From a virus: DNA of 64,000 bases. The translations under genes and the position numbers were made by a program. The stretch lies in the UHGV virus genome UHGV-0240017; one strand, given 5' to 3'. The notes under the pieces were generated by a model. The model was not told the DNA's origin. It did no database searches and worked only from the letters and a program-made list of their open reading frames with translations. This document shows positions 28,951-37,478 of this stretch, one piece after another. Position 1 is the first letter of the stretch; each line of letters opens with the position of its first letter.

Positions 28951-30621
28951 TTAATCAATCAATTTATTGAACTTCCCACCTTTCACAAGTGGGTTGGACT
29001 TGGCACGCTTCAACACCGTTGCCATAGACCCTGCGGCCTTGCACCACATGTTAATCATGTTTGCACTGTGCGCAACAGAATCCCAGACATTACGGTCAGG
29101 GTTTAACACCATCATCGTGGTCAGCTCACGACCGTGAAGGTTAAAGTTCTCCCCTCGCGTCACTTGGTCTTTAAACGCCTGTTCCATCGCCTGCCATTTC
29201 TGACTGTCGACGCCAGAACGTGACTGACGCGCCATCTCTTTCAGCGTTTTTACAACCTGATCGACACGTTTTTCCAACACCTTATACTTGTCTAGCGCAG
29301 TATTCGCTACACCATCCGAGATACCACTACGTGCCAGTGTAATCAGACATGCCAACAGCTCACGGTAATCCCCGTTACTTAAACTCAACTCCTGGCGCAT
29401 CATCTCCAGGTTTGTTGTGGAGCCAAAGAAAGAGTTAGCGCCGATTGATGCAATCATCCAACCGTTGTCTAATTCACGTGTGGTATAACCGAGAAGCTCA
29501 ACCTTGTCTTTCACACGCAAAATTGGGCCCGGGCTACCTTTCTGTCGACCGAACTCCGTAGCAGAATATTCAATTCGACCGTTGATCTCACCTAACGCAC
29601 GGACCAGATGCACCGCAGCAACTTGGTTCTCTTGCGACGTCCCTACCTTCGGGTTATTTGACAGGTAGTAAGTTTTGATGTCTTTCAGCGACTGGTCTAA
29701 GTCCTGAAGCGCACCGCCAAAACTGTCAAGAATCGTGCTCATTAAGTTGAACTGAATATCTGACGGAATGTTCACCCCAGCACGTTTCACATCAGGCGGC
29801 AAACCGTTATAGACTTCCTCAGCAACCCCGAAGTCAAATACACCGTAACCGATGTTCGTCCGTAGCAGCGTATCTAGCAGATCCTGAATAACCTGCAGCT
29901 CATTCTGACGACGTTTAAGGTGGTTCTTAAACGTATCGATAAACGGCGATTTCCCTAACGCGGCGGCGAGTTTATTTAGAAACTCTTCAGCTTCCATGTT
30001 CACAAAAACATCGTCAGCCAGCGAAAGAGATAACTCCAGGTTGCTTAACTCGCTGTCTTTCAAACCTTTTGACAGTACCAGATAAACTTCTTTCAGTACG
30101 GTTGTTTTCAGGCGCTCTGTGAAAGGAACATCGGCCAACTTCTCTTCCAGTTTCTCGCGATAGTCGTTCCCGTCAATATTCGCAGCACCTGCAAAAGGAA
30201 CGGCGTTGCTGATAATCCAACTGAGGATTTTCATTATCCCCATCATCACCATCACGATAAGGCTAATCTTACCAAAATTGGCGTAAGACTCTAATGCCAC
30301 CACCGTTTCTTTCTGGTGTGTTTTGGAATAATTCGACGTCAGAACACTTTGTACCGCCTTCGGGATTGTGCCAGGACGCAACGATTCAGTCGCTACAGCA
30401 ACATCACGGTTCAACCCTGCATTACGTATTTCCCGTAAGATCGCTTCAATTTGCGCGATAAGGCGAGAACCGTAAATCAGGTCTGCTTCATTACGTTGCA
30501 TGTAGAGATTGAGTTGGCTAACAGAATCGATGCGTTCTTCCATGCGCTGTTCTAACAGTGCAGGAAGTTCATCGAGTTTCCATTGCGGTTGCGCAATGTT
30601 TGCTGTCATCTCCATACTCAT
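28951..30621 (-). CDS. hypothetical protein (about 556 aa) with internal hydrophobic segment
   Basis: Track ORF 28951..30684 starts with GTG; ATG at 30621 overlaps upstream stop (ATGA). Confidence 0.6.
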   Translation of the reverse strand: MSMEMTANIAQPQWKLDELPALLEQRMEERIDSVSQLNLYMQRNEADLIYGSRLIAQIEAILREIRNAGLNRDVAVATESLRPGTIPKAVQSVLTSNYSKTHQKETVVALESYANFGKISLIVMVMMGIMKILSWIISNAVPFAGAANIDGNDYREKLEEKLADVPFTERLKTTVLKEVYLVLSKGLKDSELSNLELSLSLADDVFVNMEAEEFLNKLAAALGKSPFIDTFKNHLKRRQNELQVIQDLLDTLLRTNIGYGVFDFGVAEEVYNGLPPDVKRAGVNIPSDIQFNLMSTILDSFGGALQDLDQSLKDIKTYYLSNNPKVGTSQENQVAAVHLVRALGEINGRIEYSATEFGRQKGSPGPILRVKDKVELLGYTTRELDNGWMIASIGANSFFGSTTNLEMMRQELSLSNGDYRELLACLITLARSGISDGVANTALDKYKVLEKRVDQVVKTLKEMARQSRSGVDSQKWQAMEQAFKDQVTRGENFNLHGRELTTMMVLNPDRNVWDSVAHSANMINMWCKAAGSMATVLKRAKSNPLVKGGKFNKLID

Positions 30622-31061
30622 ACCAGCTCGCCTCGCGTTTCTTCCATATAGAATTTCACCGTTTCCATGAAACGTTCCAGCCACAGATTAACGGTATCCC
30701 ATACATCGTCGCCCAAGGCTTCATTGAAAATCTCACGGACAGAGAAATTCTCAATAGCACGACGACCGCCCCAAGCGCTATCGTAGCGGTTACAAAACAG
30801 CGCCACTGTCAAATCTTCAATAGTGCCCAGATCGACACAATAAAGCTCGTTTACGTCCGAAACAACATTTTTCATCAGCGGGCGAAGCTTTAGCTGCGAC
30901 ACTTCATTCGACCCAAACGGGCCATTATCGGGCATGTCGGTATTATAAGCCAATGCGAATGCGACCAGGCCAGTCAGTGCGCGTTGTGCCTGTACACCTT
31001 TACCCTCGTTCGTACGTTTAAAGTCCAGAACCAGGGAATTTAAAGAAACTTTATGCGTCAT
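30618..31061 (-). CDS. hypothetical protein (147 aa)
   Basis: ATG start, coupled to downstream gene. Confidence 0.65.
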   Translation of the reverse strand: MTHKVSLNSLVLDFKRTNEGKGVQAQRALTGLVAFALAYNTDMPDNGPFGSNEVSQLKLRPLMKNVVSDVNELYCVDLGTIEDLTVALFCNRYDSAWGGRRAIENFSVREIFNEALGDDVWDTVNLWLERFMETVKFYMEETRGELV

Positions 31062-31075
31062 GATTTTACCTTTAC

Positions 31076-32410
31076 TTATTCGACATTAAACATGGCTGAA
31101 GCAATACGAAGATCGTTCGACATATACTTCCCAATCGCACGCTGGTAATCAACGGCAGCACGTGAGCGACGACCCTTCGGCGTTAAAGTATTCCAGATAA
31201 ACTGATACAAGTTATCTTTATCTTTTACGGTTTCTAATAACTTGTCGATAACCGCAATACCATCTAAAATACGTTTACGTTGCTCGTTAGCCGCTTTCGT
31301 ATTTTTGTCTTTAATCGTATTGAGTTCTTCAACGAGTGTACGTCGCATTGCCTCAAAACGCTGCTGCGGCGGATCGTAAATGGTGTTATCCGGGTCATTT
31401 AAGATCATTCCGAACGTCACGGAAATCACTGGAATAATTGGAATCGTAGAAGAGACTATTAACGCGGTCACGCGGAAAAGTTCTACTGTCAAATGGACAC
31501 CCATGTTCATATACGCTGAGTTCCGCAGCAAATAGAACGAACTGGTTTCCATTTTATACAGCGCAGAGGCCAGATAAGGAGCGCCTCCGAAACGGGAAGC
31601 AAAATCATCCGCAGCACGTTCCCACGTTCTGTTAGCAAAGCCTTGACTGCCGCTAATGAACGGGCGATCTAATAACAACTGCGTGACTAAGTGCATGTAG
31701 ACGTTTTCTTTTTTGTACTCGGTACAAATCGTTTCTGGCTGATTCACTTTCGTGTTCAGCATCTTCTCTACGTCTTTAACAATGCGCAAGCGGACAGTCT
31801 GGTCTTCTGTTTCCATGATGCGGTTAGCCGCAGCATCTGCCAGCAAATCAGTCACCACGGTACGCATTAGCGTACGGAAATAATAATAGATGTGGCCGAC
31901 TTCGTGAAGAATCACCGAGGCGATTTCCAGATCGGTCAGATTTAATTTTTCCAGCAGCACCGGGGTAAGATAAAGCGGAGAACCCACTTTGCTTAGATCG
32001 CCACTGATTTTTGCGCTGCTATCATCGATTGATGTGTTCAGTTCGTTTTCTTTGATGAACTTACTGTACATATCCAGGTCTTTGTTACCTGCGTACAGTG
32101 CGCGAGTCATCGATGCAATGATTGGACTGTTTGCATCCAATTTCGGTGGTTCTACGCCTGCAAAAGCAACGTCAACAAGACCCAATTCGCTACCGTTCTT
32201 AAAGTGAATCGTAATGCCGATATTCTTAAATACCCAATCCGAAACCCCGGCACTTTCGTAGCCTGCAGGACTGAAATCACCTGCCCCACGAAACTTAGCA
32301 ATAACATCAGCCAATTCTGCCAGCTTCTTTTTGTCTTGGAATTTAATCGATTCTGCGGCTACAACCTTTGCATCCGCAACTGATGCAATGTGATTTTGCC
32401 AATATCCCAT
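31076..32410 (-). CDS. hypothetical protein with HExxH motif (possible zinc metallopeptidase)
   Basis: SVILHEVGHIYYY; track start 32443 is GTG; in-frame ATG at 32410 has AAGGA SD. Confidence 0.55.
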   Translation of the reverse strand: MGYWQNHIASVADAKVVAAESIKFQDKKKLAELADVIAKFRGAGDFSPAGYESAGVSDWVFKNIGITIHFKNGSELGLVDVAFAGVEPPKLDANSPIIASMTRALYAGNKDLDMYSKFIKENELNTSIDDSSAKISGDLSKVGSPLYLTPVLLEKLNLTDLEIASVILHEVGHIYYYFRTLMRTVVTDLLADAAANRIMETEDQTVRLRIVKDVEKMLNTKVNQPETICTEYKKENVYMHLVTQLLLDRPFISGSQGFANRTWERAADDFASRFGGAPYLASALYKMETSSFYLLRNSAYMNMGVHLTVELFRVTALIVSSTIPIIPVISVTFGMILNDPDNTIYDPPQQRFEAMRRTLVEELNTIKDKNTKAANEQRKRILDGIAVIDKLLETVKDKDNLYQFIWNTLTPKGRRSRAAVDYQRAIGKYMSNDLRIASAMFNVE

Positions 32411-32481
32411 TTGTGTTTCCTTTTGAGAAATTACATTACCCACAAATCAGTATAGCAGCCGCTAGATTTGAGAGTGAAATC

Positions 32482-34263
32482 ATGAATAACTATTACGCAC
32501 CGGAAGACGTTATTGCCAAGGAGTGCAAGTTTGTTTCTTACGCAACCGATCAGCAGAAAGAAAACGACTTCGTGCTCATAAAGGAGGTCGTCCATACTAA
32601 AGATGGCAGATATATCCCACGAATTGTCATGCGTGAAAATCTGAAACGGCCCATCTACATTACTTTACCACAACATCGTAACCACAAGGAAAAGAAAGAA
32701 TACGAAGAACGTAGTAAGTGCCAGGAATATTTAACAACGGATGTAATGATGTCCTCAACCATACAGATGGGTCTGGGGATTCGTTTTCCCGATAAAAAGA
32801 AACCACTCCGCCAGGTTTGTACTTCACCGTATGTTTACTGGGCCGATTTGCCCATTACTAGCTGGATTAAAGAAAAGTACATACGTAAATGGCCTAATGC
32901 TGTTTCACCTAACCGCATCTGTGTATACGACGTGGAAACTCGAGAAGAAGACAAATCTCGAGACCCCTGGATTATGAGCTTTGTTTTAGACGACGAAATT
33001 CATTTCTTTGCTACGAAAGACTACGTCACCCGTTGCGGACGTGAAAACTTTGAAGCGCGACTCGTCAAACGTGCTCAAGAATTGCTTTCTAAAATCGCTT
33101 TTCGTGGAAAAGACGAGAACGACAATCCTATCGTTAAATACAAAAACGTTATCGATGGTTACAAAATCTTCGTTTACGAATGCCTCAATTCAGGTTGTTG
33201 TATTCAACGGATGTTTGAGGAAATCCATCCTCGGCTTCCTGACTTACTCGTCGCATGGAACCACGAGTTCGATATTTCACGTATGTTGGAGGCTTTAGAA
33301 GCTGCGGGGATTCCACCGGAAGACGTCTTCTGTCATCCTGACGTGCCAAAACAGTACCGTCGTGTCTACTTCAAGAAAGACGAAGCATCGAAGAAAACGG
33401 AATCAAAATCATTAACAAAAGCGCCTTCGCAACAGTGGCACATTCTTTATTGTACGGCGTCATTCTACTGTGTAGATGCAATGTGTCTATTCCGTTCATT
33501 GCGTGTACACGAGGGACAACGCCCCTCTTACAAACTTAACGCGATACTGGAAACCGAGTTGGGTTTAAACAAGTTGGACTTACCGGAACTGCCCTACGAG
33601 GAAAAGTTGGAATGGCACTTAAAGGCGCAGAAAGATTTCCCGTTAGAATACTGCGTTTATAACATCTTCGATAACTTGATGATTGTTCTGCTGGATAAAA
33701 AGACGAACGATCTGTCTTCTGCTATTTCAGTTTTGGCGGGGTATTCGATGTATGATATTTTCCCTTCTCTACCGAAGCGAATCTGTATTGCATACACGTA
33801 TTACCTCTATGAACAGGGCCTGGTTATCGGTTGTGTGGGTAGCGCGATGCGTAACGATTTCGACAATGAAGTCATTGGGACGGATGGTTGGATTGTTACG
33901 TTGACTGCGTGTATGAACGCAGAGAATGGGTTACGAAACATCATCAAGGAAGTTGATGATTTCTACACGGCTTTCCGTGGGCAAACAGCGGATGCTGACT
34001 TAACCCAGGCATACCCATCTGCAACGAACATGATGAACCAGTCTCGTGAAACAACGTTAATCGAGCTACTGAGCATTCACGGTGTTCCTGAAGAAGTACG
34101 ACGTCGTGTCGGTATTAACCTTACTGCGGGGCGTGTCAATGCAATGGAAATCGCAACTGATTTCTTCCTATTGCCCGATAAAAACGACGTCTTAGAAGCT
34201 TTTCTACGTAGACAAGGAGAAACGATTACCGATCCTTTTGAATACATCAAAGCTGCAAAGTAA
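32482..34263 (+). CDS. DEDD 3'-5' exonuclease-domain protein, probably the N-terminal/exonuclease part of a split family-B DNA polymerase
   Basis: CVYDVETRE (Exo I D-x-E), AWNHEFDISRM (Exo II), YCVYNIFDN (Exo III-like); no palm motifs in this ORF; start set at ATG 32482. Confidence 0.55.
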   Translation: MNNYYAPEDVIAKECKFVSYATDQQKENDFVLIKEVVHTKDGRYIPRIVMRENLKRPIYITLPQHRNHKEKKEYEERSKCQEYLTTDVMMSSTIQMGLGIRFPDKKKPLRQVCTSPYVYWADLPITSWIKEKYIRKWPNAVSPNRICVYDVETREEDKSRDPWIMSFVLDDEIHFFATKDYVTRCGRENFEARLVKRAQELLSKIAFRGKDENDNPIVKYKNVIDGYKIFVYECLNSGCCIQRMFEEIHPRLPDLLVAWNHEFDISRMLEALEAAGIPPEDVFCHPDVPKQYRRVYFKKDEASKKTESKSLTKAPSQQWHILYCTASFYCVDAMCLFRSLRVHEGQRPSYKLNAILETELGLNKLDLPELPYEEKLEWHLKAQKDFPLEYCVYNIFDNLMIVLLDKKTNDLSSAISVLAGYSMYDIFPSLPKRICIAYTYYLYEQGLVIGCVGSAMRNDFDNEVIGTDGWIVTLTACMNAENGLRNIIKEVDDFYTAFRGQTADADLTQAYPSATNMMNQSRETTLIELLSIHGVPEEVRRRVGINLTAGRVNAMEIATDFFLLPDKNDVLEAFLRRQGETITDPFEYIKAAK

Positions 34264-34275
34264 AAAAAAATAAAC

Positions 34276-34305
34276 GTTACCCTACTCCTTCGGGAGTAGG
34301 GTAAT
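34276..34305. terminator. bidirectional terminator GTTACCCTACTCC-TTCG-GGAGTAGGGTAAT (copy 2)
   Basis: Same stem as 28917..28946 with one loop change; convergent junction. Confidence 0.8.
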
Positions 34306-34309
34306 ACTT

Positions 34310-34819
34310 TTATGCCGCGTTGAAGCAGTAAGCCAGTAAGTGTTGCAGTTCTGGATCAGTCACACGTTGTACCAAACGTCCAACGTTGTCACGCTGAGCA
34401 AAGTTTGCTTTATCCTGAGAATTTGCGAAACGTACTAACATATTGATAAACACGACGTATGTTTCACGTTCAGCGGAATCGTAAAACCAATCCAAATGGT
34501 AGTTCACATTCGGATAGTAGAAGATACCACGTTTGTGTTTAATTGCAGCTTCAACGAACACGTTGAACGCATCAATGAATGCTTGGCCACGTAGTTCAAA
34601 TAACGTACGGAACGATTGATGCAGCTTACGGAAAGCGTCGTCAGCTTCTGGGGTATCTTTCGGTTTATTTTGGCTAATTGCTCCGCCAGCCTCATCGAGC
34701 TGAGTAGCAATAAGTCGCACCTGGTACGCATCATCCTGACTGTAAGTTACCGCATTTTCCTCAGCGCGTCTTACGGCTGATGGGCGTTCATCTTGTGTCG
34801 AAATATCTTTAGTTGCCAT
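34310..34819 (-). CDS. hypothetical protein (169 aa)
   Basis: ATG start; terminator immediately downstream. Confidence 0.7.
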   Translation of the reverse strand: MATKDISTQDERPSAVRRAEENAVTYSQDDAYQVRLIATQLDEAGGAISQNKPKDTPEADDAFRKLHQSFRTLFELRGQAFIDAFNVFVEAAIKHKRGIFYYPNVNYHLDWFYDSAERETYVVFINMLVRFANSQDKANFAQRDNVGRLVQRVTDPELQHLLAYCFNAA

Positions 34820-34832
34820 TGGCTAATAATCC

Positions 34833-36134
34833 TTACGTAATGTGGATCGATGGATTAAATTCGTGTACCACAGTCTCTTTACCGTGCATCGCGGCCATTG
34901 CCACGGACATAACGTTAGAGAACGCCGAGGATATATCCGCAGCGATTGCGCGAGGTTCTTCCCCTTTATTCGCAGACGAACACGCTGTGCAGGTGTCGAT
35001 GTGGCCATACTGACATAAGATGGGTCGGCGTAACCGCACCACTTTACCTAACTGCTGTTTTAAATATTCCTCAGTCAGTGGTGTCAGCTTACCATTAACC
35101 ATCGCATTCATCCCAACGTAACGTTTTACGTTATCTTCGGTAATCACAACTGGATACGTTAGTTTCGTTCCACAGTCACCAGGGACGATTCGGTGGTTCT
35201 GGAAAATCATCTGGATAATACGTACCTGCTCACCCCCTTTCGCTGTTTCCGCACCACGAGAGAACGAACCTTCACGAATAGAGTTGAATTTCGCGACCAG
35301 GTTTTCCATCCCCGCTTTATCAACTTCAACTAATGCGTTCGGAATGAGCGTATAATGACCCCCTTCCTGAAAAGACGATTCAATACCGTACATCAGCATT
35401 AATTTACGTCGACGCATCCGCGATTTCGGCGAGTTATAAAACTCAATAGATTGGTCACCCGACAACCACTCTTTATCTAACTCATCCAGCGCTTTTTCAA
35501 TCTTAACGATAACGGCAGGATCGTCTAACTCGTCTTTGTGCTTCAACAGTAACGCGTCGCGGATTTTATACGCATCAGGATGCACAGTGAGGCTACGCAA
35601 CGTACCGGTTGGTGCAATACCTGACGTGAGCGGTGCGAGCTCGTGTAAGCCGCTTACAAAGCGCTCAATCATACTCGGTCGAATTGCACCCTCGTTTTCT
35701 GGCTCATCAGTTTCATGGTCTAAACAACGACGATGCATCTCTTTGCGATATTCCAACGGGTTTTGTGAAATCGCCAGATAAGGTAAGCGTGTACCGAATG
35801 CATACCAGATAACAATCCAGTTAAAAACGTAACGGCCTACTGTTGTGGGAATAGGACCGTCTAAACCGGGATAATCGTCAGGGCGTAGCTCGAACTGTTC
35901 TTCGGGGATAAACAGCTCCTGGTCCTTTACGCCGTCAGTAATCGGTTCCCAACTGCCCTTACCGTCTTCTACAGCGTAATAATGCGGTAAGCCGTCGATA
36001 TACGTTATATCAAACGCTTCGGGTTCTTCGCGCCCTGTTGGAAACACCGACATGTTAAAAATAGCAATACGCCAAACCAGACGTCGCCACGCTTCTGCTT
36101 TACATGCCGCTACTAAGAACTCAAACCTCGTCAT
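34833..36134 (-). CDS. hypothetical protein (about 433 aa) with C-terminal Cys/His cluster
   Basis: Track start 36152 is TTG; ATG at 36134 follows GAGGAGG; CQYGHIDTCTAC near C terminus. Confidence 0.6.
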   Translation of the reverse strand: MTRFEFLVAACKAEAWRRLVWRIAIFNMSVFPTGREEPEAFDITYIDGLPHYYAVEDGKGSWEPITDGVKDQELFIPEEQFELRPDDYPGLDGPIPTTVGRYVFNWIVIWYAFGTRLPYLAISQNPLEYRKEMHRRCLDHETDEPENEGAIRPSMIERFVSGLHELAPLTSGIAPTGTLRSLTVHPDAYKIRDALLLKHKDELDDPAVIVKIEKALDELDKEWLSGDQSIEFYNSPKSRMRRRKLMLMYGIESSFQEGGHYTLIPNALVEVDKAGMENLVAKFNSIREGSFSRGAETAKGGEQVRIIQMIFQNHRIVPGDCGTKLTYPVVITEDNVKRYVGMNAMVNGKLTPLTEEYLKQQLGKVVRLRRPILCQYGHIDTCTACSSANKGEEPRAIAADISSAFSNVMSVAMAAMHGKETVVHEFNPSIHIT

Positions 36135-36975
36135 CGTGTTCTGCCTCCTCAACCTGATAAATCAGCCGTAGGCTTTTTAATGCAGGTTGTAAAACAGTAA
36201 TGGGTTGTAACCCATCATTATTAAGTTTCTCTAAGTTCGTCGAAAGATCGGCATAGGCGTCATCGAAATCATCGTTATCGATAATCGAAAGTCCTACCGT
36301 ATACATCTCGAGTAATTCTGTTTCGCTGTAATCTTCGACGTCAAACACCAACGATTGTTGGACAACCGTCAAATCAGGATCTTCAGGTAAGTTTAAGAAT
36401 ACGAACGCAGAGGGGTTTTGCGGATAAAGGCGCAAGTATTCTGCAATACGCGCCAGACGCGCATCGTTACCTACTGCGAGTTGTTCATCCACAACCATAG
36501 CTGAGAGATAGTTACGCATCACCGTCATTACACGGGGTGAAACACGAATGACCAAATCTTCAAAATGGATATTGTCGTCGCCGTATACGTAACGACAAAT
36601 ACTTTCCAGGATAAACTCTGGCGTCTCTCCAGACATCACGAGACCGTATAGCGTATCTGTGTCTTCGAACTCTTCGAATTTAGACGTAATACCATCCAGA
36701 ATACGCACGGTCTCTTTCGGTTTACGGAAAACTTCTTGTGGGTTTAAAGCAACGCCTAAACGGTTGCCTAACGCCACGGCGCATTTTACAATAATCCCTT
36801 CCAGTCTTACAGTTTCGTCAGCAGGATCGGACGACGGTTGCCAATACACATCGCTTAACGCAACATCGTAACCGTAATCCATACACAGCGTTACTAAGTC
36901 CAGGAAAGGCGCAGCACGTTCTTCCGCACGATTGACGGTAAGAACGGCGGCGTAATCGGTATAAATGTCAATCAT
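36121..36975 (-). CDS. hypothetical protein (about 284 aa)
   Basis: Track start 36987 is TTG; first in-frame ATG at 36975. Confidence 0.6.
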   Translation of the reverse strand: MIDIYTDYAAVLTVNRAEERAAPFLDLVTLCMDYGYDVALSDVYWQPSSDPADETVRLEGIIVKCAVALGNRLGVALNPQEVFRKPKETVRILDGITSKFEEFEDTDTLYGLVMSGETPEFILESICRYVYGDDNIHFEDLVIRVSPRVMTVMRNYLSAMVVDEQLAVGNDARLARIAEYLRLYPQNPSAFVFLNLPEDPDLTVVQQSLVFDVEDYSETELLEMYTVGLSIIDNDDFDDAYADLSTNLEKLNNDGLQPITVLQPALKSLRLIYQVEEAEHDDEV

Positions 36976-37056
36976 AGCCTTTTCCAATACAAGGGGTTCA
37001 TACCAAAGCGAAAAAAAAAAGAAAAAGCTAAGGGAGTCGTAAAGACTCCCTTATAC

Positions 37057-37362
37057 TTAATTTTTCAGCTTAAGTTCTTTCTCCAAACCTTGTAGCTCTG
37101 GATCACCGGCAGTAACGTCACTCATGACTTTCTTAATCGCAGCTTTACGACGATTAAGCACACGGAGCATCATCATAATCTCCCACCGTGGCCGATCTAA
37201 CCACTCGTCGAAGGTCATTCTGAAATGCTCGCCTATCTGCTCACGCAGATACACTTCCATCCAGATTTCATACAGACTCCCGTATTCGGGGTTTTCAAAA
37301 TCTGATAAGCCAACGTGTCTCGTCCCGGTGTCTAGGCCGACCGATAAGTCGTACGCACCCAA
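37057..37362 (-). CDS. hypothetical protein (101 aa)
   Basis: ORF directly after terminator hairpin 37030-37052; start probably non-ATG. Confidence 0.5.
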   Translation of the reverse strand: MGAYDLSVGLDTGTRHVGLSDFENPEYGSLYEIWMEVYLREQIGEHFRMTFDEWLDRPRWEIMMMLRVLNRRKAAIKKVMSDVTAGDPELQGLEKELKLKN

Positions 37363-37478
37363 AAGCTCATCGTGGGCTTCCTGATAAGTTATCGGGCGCG
37401 TGCTACGTTGTTTGAACAGAGAGGTGGTATCAAGCTTAAGCGTATTAATGACGTGATCCGAAGGAATCTCGTTCGGGT

